Assembly: GCA_965205265.1 (NCBI GenBank)
Contig: CBDBGH010000003.1
Location: forward strand, 4,704,001 to 4,768,000
Reading direction: 5' to 3'
Source of the DNA: Alphaproteobacteria bacterium
GTDB lineage: Bacteria > Pseudomonadota > Alphaproteobacteria > Bin95
DNA: 64,000 nucleotides
In this document: positions 30,221 to 39,921 of the stretch, piece by piece
Layout of the letters: each line of letters starts with the position of its first letter
How positions within the stretch are numbered: the stretch's first letter is position 1
Notes under the pieces: model-generated
What the model was told of the DNA's origin: nothing
The model's database searches: none
Seen by the model: only the letters and a program-made list of their open reading frames with translations
Position numbers and translations under genes: made by a program

Positions 30221-30546
30221 CGATCCAACAACAGTCAGGCGTCCACAGGCGCCTTCAGATCACGTCGGCGCATGTGAGGCGATGCCAGCGCACGTATGCG
30301 GCGTCCCGCAGCCTGCTGCGTCGGGTGTGAGAACCACGCGCCGAAGGGCGTAGAAATCATCACTCCGCCCCCGCATCCGCGAAGCGCCGCAAGGCCAGTT
30401 CTGACAATGGCTTGCAGCCCGCGCGGCGTTTGAGTGCGGCACTTCCGGCCCTTCCGATCTTCGAACCCGACGCCGTTCCCCGGCGTGTCCTGGGTGTTCC
30501 CCAACGGGGGCTCCTGCGACCGGCAGACAAGGGAAGGGGTCGGAAG

Positions 30547-31698
30547 ATGCCGAACGGAACGAAGAGGACGAAGATCACCGAGGCGCGGGCGCGCGCCTTC
30601 GCTGCTGCGGACGGGCGCGAGGCCGTGCTGTGGGACAGCGCCGCGCCGGGCCTCGGCCTGCGGGTGCGGGCGAAAGGGCGCAAGACATGGATCGTGCACC
30701 GGCGCGCGGGCGGCTCCGTCGTCAGGCGGACGCTCGGCGCGCTCGACGAACTGACGGTCGAGGATGCGCGGCACGCGGCGCGAGCGCTGCTCGCCGATGC
30801 GGAGACGGGCGGCGCACCGGCGACGGTGCCGACGGTGCGGACGTTCGCGCCGGCGTTCCTCGCCGACTGCGCCGAACGCTGGAAGCCGGCGACGCGGCGC
30901 GCGCACGCGGACGGCATGAACCGCTTCATCCTGCCCGTGTTTGGCGGTCGGCGCGTCGATTCGATCGGCGCGAAAGATGTGCACAACTGGTTCGACGATC
31001 TGTCGGCCAGGCGGGCGGGATCGGCGAACCGGGCGCTGGCGGTGCTGTCGTCGATGATGAAGCACGCGGAGGCGCTCGGCCTGCGGCGCGAGGACTCCAA
31101 CCCGTGCAAGGGGCTGCGGCGGCGCAGGACCGGCTTCGAGGCGCACTACCTGACGGACGACGAGTTCGCCGCGCTTGGGCGGGCGCTCGACGGCGCGGAA
31201 GCGGAATGGCCGGTCGCCGTCGCCGCGCTGCGCTTCCTGCTCCATACCGGCGCGCGCAAGTCCGAGGCTCTGCGGCTCAGGTGGGAGCATGTCCACGGCG
31301 ACCGTGTTGTGTTGCCCGACAGCAAGACCGGTCCGCGCACGATCCGGCTCGCATCGCCCGCCCGCGCCGTGCTCGCGGCGCAACCCCGGCGCGACGACTG
31401 CCCGTGGGTGTTCGCGTCTCCCTGCGGCGGCCCTGCGACGGTGGACAGGGCATGGAACGCGGTCCGCGCGGCGGCGGGTCTGCCGACGCTGCGCATTCAC
31501 GATCTCCGCCACAGCTATGCGGCGGTCGCGGTCGGCGGCGGCGAGGGCCTGCGCATCGTCGCCGGGCTGCTCGGCCATGCCGACATCCAGACCACCTTCG
31601 GCTATGCGCACCTTGCCGAGGGCTCCGTGTTCGAGGCCGCGAACCGGGTCTCGCGCGGCCTTGCCGCCATGCTCGACGGCGGGGAGGCGGACCGATGA
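30547..31698 (+). CDS. Tyrosine integrase 1 with an arm-binding N-terminal domain
   Basis: LWD...PGLGLRV...GRKTW, TGARKSE, DSKTG, IHDLRHSYA, LLGH.D..TT.GYAH. Confidence 0.93.
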   Translation: MPNGTKRTKITEARARAFAAADGREAVLWDSAAPGLGLRVRAKGRKTWIVHRRAGGSVVRRTLGALDELTVEDARHAARALLADAETGGAPATVPTVRTFAPAFLADCAERWKPATRRAHADGMNRFILPVFGGRRVDSIGAKDVHNWFDDLSARRAGSANRALAVLSSMMKHAEALGLRREDSNPCKGLRRRRTGFEAHYLTDDEFAALGRALDGAEAEWPVAVAALRFLLHTGARKSEALRLRWEHVHGDRVVLPDSKTGPRTIRLASPARAVLAAQPRRDDCPWVFASPCGGPATVDRAWNAVRAAAGLPTLRIHDLRHSYAAVAVGGGEGLRIVAGLLGHADIQTTFGYAHLAEGSVFEAANRVSRGLAAMLDGGEADR

Positions 31699-33038
31699 CC
31701 GAACGCGCCCGGCTGACCGATGCGCTCGCGCTCGCGGCCCGTCCGCGCGAACGCGAATACGCCGTCCACGATACCGCCCTTCAGGGCTTCATGCTGCGCG
31801 TCCAGCCCAACGGCGCGCGATCCTGGGTGTTCCGCTTCCGGCGCGACGGCAAGCCGTGCCGGGTCACGCTCGGCAGGCCGGAGGCGGTAAAGGCCGACCG
31901 GGCGCGCGCTGCGGCGCTCGCCTTCCTCGCCCGCGAGAAGGGCGTCGGCGATTCTCTGCCCCTTCCCGCTTCCGGCCCGACGCTGGCGAAGTTCGCCGTG
32001 GAATATGTCGAGCGGCGCGCCCCGTCCTGGAAGCCGTCCACGGTGCAGGCGACCCTGAGCTACCTCGACAGCGCCATCCTGCCCGCGCTCGGCCATCTGC
32101 GCGTCGGCGCGGTCGTGCGGGCCGACATTGCCCGCTTCTTCCACGACTACGGGCGGCGGAGGCCGGGCGGGGCGAACCGCGCCCATGACATCCTTCGCAA
32201 CATGTTCGACTGCGCCGTCGCGTGGGGTCATCGGCCCGAGGCCGCCGGGAACCCGTGCACGGGCATCGTCCGCTACCGGCGTCCGCCGCGCGGGCGGCTG
32301 CTGGGTGCGGACGATCTGGCGAAGCTGGGCGCGGTGCTGCGCGAGCGCGAGGCCGAACACCCGGTCTGCGCCGCGGCGGTGCGCCTGCTCCTGCTGACCG
32401 GGTGCCGGCCGGGGGAGATTCGCCGCCTGCGCTGGTGCGAGGTCAAGCCGGACCGGCTCGCGCTGCCCGACACCAAGACCGGGCCACGCACCCTCTGGCT
32501 CGGGCCGGAAGCGGCGCGGGTGCTCGCCGCGCTGCCGCGCATCGACGGCCGCGGCCGCGTGTTCCCGGGGGATCTGACATCGAGCCGGCTCTACACGTTC
32601 TGGGTCGGTGTCCGCGACGAGGCGGGACTGCCGGGTGTCCGCATCCACGACTGCCGGCATACCTGGGCCTCACAGGGCGTGATGAACGGTGTGGGGCTGA
32701 CCACCGTCGGCGCGCTGCTCGGACACCGCCGGCGCGAGACCACCGCGATCTACGCCCATCTCGACGACGGCGCGCTGCAGGACGCCGCCGCGCAGGCTGC
32801 CGCCGTCATCGCTCGCGCCATGGGATACAGGGCCCAGCCACCGCCGCTGCCGGACGAGGCGGAACGCCGCGACACGGCGGCCGACATGCCCGCTTCCAAA
32901 GCTGAGGGGCCGGCCGCGCCGGAGGGAGCGCGGACGCCCCTTCGGGTCAAAGCCAGGGACACCGGGCAATCGAAGGGAACGGAGGCGGAAGCCGGCGCGG
33001 GGGCGGTTCCCGGGAAACCAAAGCTGGAATGGTTGTGA
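31695..33038 (+). CDS. Tyrosine integrase 2 with an arm-binding N-terminal domain
   Basis: VHD..LQGFMLRVQPNG.RSW, TGCRPGE, DTKTG, IHDCRHTWAS, LLGH...TT.IYAH; ATGA overlap with integrase 1. Confidence 0.93.
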   Translation: MTERARLTDALALAARPREREYAVHDTALQGFMLRVQPNGARSWVFRFRRDGKPCRVTLGRPEAVKADRARAAALAFLAREKGVGDSLPLPASGPTLAKFAVEYVERRAPSWKPSTVQATLSYLDSAILPALGHLRVGAVVRADIARFFHDYGRRRPGGANRAHDILRNMFDCAVAWGHRPEAAGNPCTGIVRYRRPPRGRLLGADDLAKLGAVLREREAEHPVCAAAVRLLLLTGCRPGEIRRLRWCEVKPDRLALPDTKTGPRTLWLGPEAARVLAALPRIDGRGRVFPGDLTSSRLYTFWVGVRDEAGLPGVRIHDCRHTWASQGVMNGVGLTTVGALLGHRRRETTAIYAHLDDGALQDAAAQAAAVIARAMGYRAQPPPLPDEAERRDTAADMPASKAEGPAAPEGARTPLRVKARDTGQSKGTEAEAGAGAVPGKPKLEWL

Positions 33039-33302
33039 GCACATTTCCAAGAGTAGGCTTCGAAAGTGGAGCCCCTTCGCGCCCACCCTCGTCCAAGACA
33101 TCAGCACGCAACGACGGCCACCCGCACGTTATCGTACGATTCGTCCGGACGGCCTCTCTCGACAATCTCCGCCTAAACGAAGATAGTCCCAGAATGCGTT
33201 CGTGCGCGAAAGCGTACCAAATGCGCCATACACCGGGCTGAAGGCCGGATGAAGGAACTTCTTATGGCCTCGGATTCGGTCAAAGTATTGGGCGGATGAA
33301 CC

Positions 33303-36300
33303 ATGGTACCAGAACAACTCGAACCACGCCTCGATCTGCTCCGCGAGGAGTATGTGCTCGTCCAAGCCTGGAAGAAGGCTGCGACATACATACGCTACCA
33401 CAATTGGTTCTCTGACACGCTCGAACTCGATCACGCGACTGTCAACCTGCCCTTGTTCATTGGCACAATTCGCGAACGTCTGCAATCTTCAGACGCTTGG
33501 CAGAATGACCCCTTGCGCCTCGTCCCTGCGCCCAAAAGCCAGCGCTGGCATGTACAGAAGGGAAGTTGGAAGCCAACTCCGAAGCCTGGACCATTGGCAC
33601 CGCTCCGACCGCTCGCCCACGTCAGTCTGGCTGATCAAGTAATCGCGACGGCTTTCATGCTCTGTCTGGCTAATCGGGTTGAAACGCAGCAGGGCGATCC
33701 GCGGTTGGCGGTGGACGATCAGGAATCCAGAAAACGGGTTATCTCATACGGAAACCGTCTCTTTTGCGATAAAGTTGGCAAACAGCTTCAGCACCGGTGG
33801 GGATCTGCCAAGCTTTACCGCGCCTATCATCAAGACTACCGTAAGTTTCTGTCTCGTCCGCGAGTCGCAGCCGAAGAGATGCCGGCTACTGTAGGAGGGT
33901 GTCTCTATGTCATTCATGCGGACCTCGCCCAATTCTACGACCGCATACGTCCGAGTTTTCTTGCCAAGGCGCTCGATCGCATTCGGCAAGACGGAGACGA
34001 TACTGCGTTCTACTCTCTGGCCGCATCCGTGCTCAACTGGAGTTGGCATGTCCACGACAAAACAGATGTTGGACGCTACGCTAAACAGGTGGATATCCCC
34101 GATTTCACGCAGATAGCGTTGCCGCAGGGTCTTGTTGCCTCGGGGTTCTTCGCGAATGTCGTGCTTCTGCCGCTGGATGATGTGCTGCGCGCGGCGGTCG
34201 GAACGGAAATTTCCCCTGGGATTCTTCTGGCAGACGCCTGTCGGTATGTGGACGATTTGCGGATACTGGTCTCAGTCGACCGCAATCCAGATATCTCGTT
34301 GACCGAACTCAAGGGCGAATTGACCCGCTGGCTTGATGCAACTTTGGGAGAGAAGACCTGCGGTCTCAAGTTATCCCGTGACAAGACCGAGATTGCCACG
34401 CTCGGAGGAGACGAGCGCCCCATAGTACGGCAGAGCGCGAAAATGGACCGCATTCAGTCTGCCGTGTCTGGGGGATTCGATGCATTTGGCGGTCTGGAAA
34501 TCCTTGATGCCATTCAAGGTCTGATGCGCACGCAAGAAGTCTTGAGCGGTCAGAATGATGATGGCTGGTCGTTTTCTCCGCTTCCGGATGTGCGCGACGA
34601 GACGGTCGACAGATTCAGCGCAGACCGATATCGGAGAACGTTCCGTTCCATCAGGCCGCTACTGGATGACGATCCACCGGATGAAGTTAAACAGCATATA
34701 GACGATACCAGTCCAGATAAGCGTATGCGCTTGGCCCGGACCCGTCGAGAGTGGGACGAGAATGCCCAAGTATTTGCGCTGAGTCTGGTGAAGCGGTGGG
34801 CTGACGACCCATCGAACGTCCGACTTCTCCGAATCGGGCTCGACATTTGGCCCGACGTAAAGCTGCTGCATGAGGTGCTATCGCGGCTCCGTCCATTCAC
34901 TGAAAAGGGAGGACAGCGAGGAGCGCCGCGACGAGTGGCTTGGTATTGCCTTGCTGAAGTTCTCCGTGCGGGGGCGACCGAGACGGGGCTTGTCGAAGAT
35001 GCTGAAACGCTTCCGTCAAAGGTCGACCTTGACGCCTACCGGATGGAACTACACGACGAAGCTGTGCGGCTGCTGAATCTGCCGGGGCAAACAATTCCTT
35101 GGTATCTCCGACAGCAAGCGCTTTTGTTTCTCGCCGCCTGCGACCCGCGGCAAGCACCTGTCAAGTGGACAAGAGCAGGGCCAGAGACTCGGCACTACGA
35201 GGACATGATCCAATTCCTGCGTGGTGAAGGTTCTCGTCTCACCAGGAGTTCAGACTTTTCAACCCTTGCGGTTCTCGCCAGACGGACATTCGTAGGACGA
35301 GAACAGGCCGTTGCTCTGACGAGACCTGGCCTCGATCTGTCAAAGATGCGCCAACTTGCTCGGCACGATCCGTCGTTTCTTCTTGAACTCCTGGAGGATA
35401 AGGTGAGCCTCTCACTCCTCGCCGAAGACCTTCCGCCATGGCTTCGCGAGGATCTTTGCCTGACTGCCGAACTCCCTCATGGAGATTATGACGTGCTGGA
35501 CAAGGCGGTCCTGCGGACGTCCCCAGATAATCCACTCCGCAACGAGCTTTCACTCTTGCGTTTCGCGAAAGTTTTCCTCGAACAGTGGGAGAAACTGGGG
35601 CATCCAGTCCCTGTGATCACACCAGGACAGGTCGCTCTGAAACTCAGCGAGGACCACGGTGTCGCCGAGGTGGCAGGCGTGGAAATTTCCGAGAACCAGG
35701 CTGACATGTCGACCTCCATGTACGAAGTGCCTACGTGGTGCAGCGACAGCGAACGGTGGCGTTTTCAACTCGGTTTTCTGCTGCGGTTCGTCCTGTCTCG
35801 GCACCCTGACTTCACACGTCCAGTGCGCAGGAGCAATTGGAAGGAAGCCAGATCGGCGTATCGACCGGCCGAAAGCCACTGGTACCAGCGGTTGTACGGT
35901 CTCTACAGCGGGCAGCAGGCATTCGGGGACGACTGGTTGCCCATCACCGACTGGTTCGAAGGATTCCTGCTGGCGCTCCTGCGCTGGCCCGGATGCCGTG
36001 TTCCAAGTGAGTTCGACTGGATCAAGCAAGGCATCAAGCAGGCAAAGTTACAGATCGACGAAAGGATTGCCCATCTTGAGGATCGCCGAGGTGCCGCCAC
36101 GTGCGCGCTCATCCTGCCGTTGCGGAGCAGAGGACCGACTGATGAGAACGTGAAGAGACCGCTGCGGGCCTGTGTGGTCCAGACGGTGGTTCCGAACGAT
36201 CAACACTTCAAAAAATGCGATCTGGCGCTTGATGGTTCAGCAATACGAAGAAAGCATCGCAATCACCTATCGGCTGCGCTGGCAGCGGTGGAACGCATGC

Positions 36301-37058
36301 TGCGCCTGAGAGAAACCCATAAAGGTCGTGATGAACGGCTCGACTGGCTGATTCTGCCTGAACTCGCTGTTCATCCGAGTGATGTTCGGACCCATCTGGT
36401 TCCGTTCGCCCGGTCTCACAAGGCGATAATCCTTGCCGGGTTGACCTATGAAGAAGTGCTGCGGGGACAACCGCTGGTCAACTCTGCGCTTTGGGTCATT
36501 CCGGAATGGTCGGACGACCGCGGGTTGCAGATCAAGACTCGACGCCAAGGAAAAATGCATCTTGCCCAGGATGAAAAGGAACTCAATGCATGCGGCACCG
36601 AGCTCTTGCGAGGCTTCCGGCCCTGCCAGTGGTTGATCGGATATCAGTGGTCCAACAAGGATGAGCCGATTTGGCTGACCGGAGTCGTCTGTTATGACGC
36701 TACGGATATCGGCCTTGCTGCGGATCTCAGGAACGAATCCGACATTCTGGCAATCCCTGCGCTCAACAAGGACATCAAGACGTTCGACCAGATGGCCCTA
36801 GCCCTGCATTATCACATGTTTCAACTCGTGATCGTCGCCAACAATGGAAAGTACGGCGGCAGCAACGCCTACTGGCCAAAAACGGGTCATGCCAAACAGG
36901 TTTTCCACACTCACGGCCAGCCGCAGGCTGCGGTCTCGTTTCTCGAAATCGATGATATTGGCGCGTTCCTGGCGCGCCATGACGGGTCGGGCGCGAATGC
37001 AACCGACTGGAAGCACCTTCCTGCCGGTGGACCGAAATCGACGAGAGGCTCACCGTGA
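33303..37058 (+). CDS. Reverse transcriptase-nitrilase (C-N hydrolase) fusion, UG/Abi class, DRT1-like antiphage protein
   Basis: RT motifs HADLAQFYD, LPQGLVASGFFAN and RYVDD (34245-34256); helical middle region; C-terminal nitrilase triad ILPEL / QGKMHL / VCYDATD. Confidence 0.9.
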   Translation: MVPEQLEPRLDLLREEYVLVQAWKKAATYIRYHNWFSDTLELDHATVNLPLFIGTIRERLQSSDAWQNDPLRLVPAPKSQRWHVQKGSWKPTPKPGPLAPLRPLAHVSLADQVIATAFMLCLANRVETQQGDPRLAVDDQESRKRVISYGNRLFCDKVGKQLQHRWGSAKLYRAYHQDYRKFLSRPRVAAEEMPATVGGCLYVIHADLAQFYDRIRPSFLAKALDRIRQDGDDTAFYSLAASVLNWSWHVHDKTDVGRYAKQVDIPDFTQIALPQGLVASGFFANVVLLPLDDVLRAAVGTEISPGILLADACRYVDDLRILVSVDRNPDISLTELKGELTRWLDATLGEKTCGLKLSRDKTEIATLGGDERPIVRQSAKMDRIQSAVSGGFDAFGGLEILDAIQGLMRTQEVLSGQNDDGWSFSPLPDVRDETVDRFSADRYRRTFRSIRPLLDDDPPDEVKQHIDDTSPDKRMRLARTRREWDENAQVFALSLVKRWADDPSNVRLLRIGLDIWPDVKLLHEVLSRLRPFTEKGGQRGAPRRVAWYCLAEVLRAGATETGLVEDAETLPSKVDLDAYRMELHDEAVRLLNLPGQTIPWYLRQQALLFLAACDPRQAPVKWTRAGPETRHYEDMIQFLRGEGSRLTRSSDFSTLAVLARRTFVGREQAVALTRPGLDLSKMRQLARHDPSFLLELLEDKVSLSLLAEDLPPWLREDLCLTAELPHGDYDVLDKAVLRTSPDNPLRNELSLLRFAKVFLEQWEKLGHPVPVITPGQVALKLSEDHGVAEVAGVEISENQADMSTSMYEVPTWCSDSERWRFQLGFLLRFVLSRHPDFTRPVRRSNWKEARSAYRPAESHWYQRLYGLYSGQQAFGDDWLPITDWFEGFLLALLRWPGCRVPSEFDWIKQGIKQAKLQIDERIAHLEDRRGAATCALILPLRSRGPTDENVKRPLRACVVQTVVPNDQHFKKCDLALDGSAIRRKHRNHLSAALAAVERMLRLRETHKGRDERLDWLILPELAVHPSDVRTHLVPFARSHKAIILAGLTYEEVLRGQPLVNSALWVIPEWSDDRGLQIKTRRQGKMHLAQDEKELNACGTELLRGFRPCQWLIGYQWSNKDEPIWLTGVVCYDATDIGLAADLRNESDILAIPALNKDIKTFDQMALALHYHMFQLVIVANNGKYGGSNAYWPKTGHAKQVFHTHGQPQAAVSFLEIDDIGAFLARHDGSGANATDWKHLPAGGPKSTRGSP

Positions 37059-37106
37059 AGTTCTTGCAACCGTGCCTAACCGCCCGCCGCTGTACTATGC
37101 TTACTC

Positions 37107-37574
37107 TCAGAGTCCTGAATGACCGGACCCATAAATTGCCGGATGCATGGCGACGATACACTCGGCAATCAGATCGCCCACCAACGCGGCCTGATCTGAG
37201 TCGCCCGGCGGCAGACCAGTGATTTCGGCATGCGAGGGGTCCGCTTCGAAACCGTCTTCGGCCTCAAGCGGGTCATGGACAATACGCAGCGTATCGAGTT
37301 CTTCTGATACTGCCTGCAGGATTGTATCGACATTGAGTTCCGCGAACCGCCCGTTTGGCCTTACGCGAAGGCGGAACAGGCGTCGCACTTCGTTCAACCG
37401 ATGCTCTTTCTTTCCTGGAAAAGCCTCAAGCCAGTTGACCGACAAGCCGGTCTCGTCCGGCCTGACCGCACGCACACGGAAATCCGAACCGTCCACGACC
37501 CCATCCTCCAGGATCATGCTAGGTTTGACGTAACGGACGACATGGTCGTCCGCAGGCAGATCATTGCCCTTCAT
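37107..37574 (-). CDS. Hypothetical protein with an ADP-ribosyltransferase-like motif pattern
   Basis: HVVRYVKP...F...ETGLSVNW...HDP...PSHAEI; ATGA-coupled to the upstream gene. The fold call is inference. Confidence 0.5.
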   Translation of the reverse strand: MKGNDLPADDHVVRYVKPSMILEDGVVDGSDFRVRAVRPDETGLSVNWLEAFPGKKEHRLNEVRRLFRLRVRPNGRFAELNVDTILQAVSEELDTLRIVHDPLEAEDGFEADPSHAEITGLPPGDSDQAALVGDLIAECIVAMHPAIYGSGHSGL

Positions 37575-38176
37575 TTGTAGAACAGTTCGCCCAGATCGAA
37601 GGCCTCGATCTGCCGCAATACAGTCCCAAGGGAAGCGCGCCCGGCAACGCGCGGCCTCTGCCGTTCGGATCCGTTTCGCCCGAAAATCACATATTGTGCC
37701 ATTCCGTCGCCTAGAAACTGCAATCCGATGCGGGAGCCTAGGCTGTCCTTCCAGACCGCGCGGAGGTTGCCGTTGTCCATCAGCACCAAGCCTCCCCTTC
37801 GGATGCCCGAAACGAAACGAACGAATTGCCAAAAATCCGCTTCGGAGTCCTTGTTCAATGGATAGCCATCATGGGCAGCCTCGTTTCGCAAGTATTCTAT
37901 GCGCGATCTGTAGGAGGACTCAAAATTCTTCTGCGCCTTGCATGCCCTCCCCGCGAAATCGACGATGCCAGGACTTGCCTGTGACTCGTCACACACAGAC
38001 GCATTGGACGATTCCTTGACAGATCGTATTGGGCGCCATTTAACTCTCGGAGGGTAATCGCCATCGTCGATTTCAATAGCTCCACCTCCATGGATGCCAA
38101 GGGTCTCCAAGGGTACGGCGCTTGCCAAGCTGTCCAGCCTCCCAGCCTGTCCGGCCCTTGCATGTTCGGTCGCCAT
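37571..38176 (-). CDS. Hypothetical protein (possible antitoxin partner)
   Basis: Low-complexity N-half, globular C-half (RIEYL...DG...FWQFV...LMDNGNLRAVW...LQFLGDG); overlaps both neighbours. Confidence 0.6.
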   Translation of the reverse strand: MATEHARAGQAGRLDSLASAVPLETLGIHGGGAIEIDDGDYPPRVKWRPIRSVKESSNASVCDESQASPGIVDFAGRACKAQKNFESSYRSRIEYLRNEAAHDGYPLNKDSEADFWQFVRFVSGIRRGGLVLMDNGNLRAVWKDSLGSRIGLQFLGDGMAQYVIFGRNGSERQRPRVAGRASLGTVLRQIEAFDLGELFYK

Positions 38177-38772
38177 TATTCCTCTCCCAGTGCGGCTTCC
38201 AGCAAGGGGACAAAAAGCACGGACCCACGCGCCCCCTTTCCGCCTGCGACGCCTGTCTCGTAGCCTTGGCCGCCATCGCCACCATCACCGCCACTACCTA
38301 TAGTTACTTCGAACCGGTCGCCGATAGACAGGTCGTCAAACTCGACAATGAGCGTTTCCCCGGGATAACCCTTTCCGCCATCGCCCCCGTTGGACCGAAG
38401 GCGGCTATCGGCAGCAAGCGCTTTCCCGCCCTGTCCTCCATCGCCACCGTCGCTGTGGAGACATCCTACTCCTTGTGCGCCTGTGACAGGTTTGCCTTCA
38501 TCCAGACTCCCGCCCCCGCCGCCAGCGCCCCCATTGCCGCCGCCCGCCTGCCAGATTTCCTGCTTGCGCTTGACGCTGGTCGCGTCGCCGCCGCCGCCGC
38601 CGCCGCCGCCGCCCGCACCATAAATCGTCAGGCCATCAATGCAGAACGATCCGCCGCCACCACCACCGCCGCCAGCGGCTCCGCGAATAACGAGCAACCC
38701 CTGCTTAGAAGCCCATGGCCATTCGAAGGCACCCGATTCCACAATACGTTCAAGTCTGACTGTTGGCATCAC
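38176..38772 (-). CDS. Stand-alone glycine-rich (polyglycine-II-like) protein
   Basis: SG.F.WP...IRGAAGGGGGGGG...EVTIGSGG.GG.GG...G.RGSVLF pattern of tail-fibre-type Gly-rich domains; (GCC)9 tract. Confidence 0.7.
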   Translation of the reverse strand: MMPTVRLERIVESGAFEWPWASKQGLLVIRGAAGGGGGGGGSFCIDGLTIYGAGGGGGGGGGDATSVKRKQEIWQAGGGNGGAGGGGGSLDEGKPVTGAQGVGCLHSDGGDGGQGGKALAADSRLRSNGGDGGKGYPGETLIVEFDDLSIGDRFEVTIGSGGDGGDGGQGYETGVAGGKGARGSVLFVPLLEAALGEE

Positions 38773-38814
38773 ATGGCTCCTGGACGGATGATGACCAGAT
38801 CAACCCGATGTCGG

Positions 38815-39921
38815 TCAAGCCCTCTCTCTCAGCAGACGAGATATGAGCGAGCCGGACAGCGCCGTTGCGATCTTCGTTGCGAGTCCGTCTTTGCCCGTCA
38901 TCCCGTAAGCCTGACTAACGAGAGCGGCAAACGCGCGCTGTTTATCGAGCGGTGGAAGAACTAGCTGCGTCATCTTCAGAAAACGGTAGTGTCGGCTGTA
39001 ACCCGCGTCCTTGATGTCGAGGGTTTGGCACTGACCGAATAGGAATACCGGATCGAGCAGACTGGTCTTGGGTTCAAGCAACTTCACCCCATCCGCACCC
39101 AAAAAGAAAGGCTCTTCGATCAGCTTGAACCGCCTCGTGTGGTCGCCGAATACTACAGAGGGAAACGGGCCATCGAATGCGCCCTCGGCCCGATCAGTAT
39201 ACCCTCCGACCTGCGACCGGCCTTGGTCGATTATCTGCACCAGACCATGAAACCGATAGTCTCGCTTCTGGATTTTTATGCATTTCTTCGTACCATCGGA
39301 TACGAGGTCCAAAAACGGATATAGGTTCCACTCCATCGGGTTGGTAGCGGGATCGCCGAACATCTTGACGAACAGCGCGGGGATGAACTCCCGCATCAAC
39401 TCCTGCGCCTGGTTCCGCAACCGCTCGATCCTGGCCGCCCGGTTCAGGATGCCGACGATCCGCCGCTGCTCGGCAAGCGGCGGGAGGGGGATTTGTAAGC
39501 TCAATAATGATCTTGGTTTGATGCGTTCTCTACTCTTCGTTGCTGCCGCCGTAGCAACGGGAAGTTCCTGGAGAATGGTTGGAACCCGTAATCTCCACCC
39601 GAGGTATTCCAGATCCAAGTGACTTTCGTTAGGGATAAGACAAACGAACTCAGTTGATGCAATTCGCTGGGCCGACTTGGTTTTCCTGAATATCCATACC
39701 CGATTGATGCGTGGGTTTAACTTCGAGAATAAAACTCCTTGATCAGGAAGCACTGTTTTGTTGCTTTTTATATCCGTTCCCATCAATGACTCCGGTGTTT
39801 GATCGTTATCAAATCCGGGAATACTATATAATTCAAAGAGAGTATTAGGATGCTTTCTCGGGTCCACTGAACCACGCACCATACGGGTTACGTCACCAAT
39901 CGGAACTTTAGACCAGGTCAT
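38815..39921 (-). CDS. hsdS: Type I R-M specificity subunit
   Basis: Two TRDs separated by IPLPPLAEQRRIVGIL...FVKMFGDP..NPMEW, and a second LPPLDKQRAF. Confidence 0.93.
   Translation of the reverse strand: MTWSKVPIGDVTRMVRGSVDPRKHPNTLFELYSIPGFDNDQTPESLMGTDIKSNKTVLPDQGVLFSKLNPRINRVWIFRKTKSAQRIASTEFVCLIPNESHLDLEYLGWRLRVPTILQELPVATAAATKSRERIKPRSLLSLQIPLPPLAEQRRIVGILNRAARIERLRNQAQELMREFIPALFVKMFGDPATNPMEWNLYPFLDLVSDGTKKCIKIQKRDYRFHGLVQIIDQGRSQVGGYTDRAEGAFDGPFPSVVFGDHTRRFKLIEEPFFLGADGVKLLEPKTSLLDPVFLFGQCQTLDIKDAGYSRHYRFLKMTQLVLPPLDKQRAFAALVSQAYGMTGKDGLATKIATALSGSLISRLLRERA

Noticed and set aside
33303-37058. Group II intron, retron or DGR reverse transcriptase
   Set aside because: No maturase/HNH domain, no retron VTG motif or msr-msd repeats, no TR/VR pair seen; the nitrilase fusion points to the UG/Abi class.
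38587-38613. (GCC)9 microsatellite as a phase-variation switch
   Set aside because: A triplet unit encoding poly-Gly; slippage would not shift the frame.
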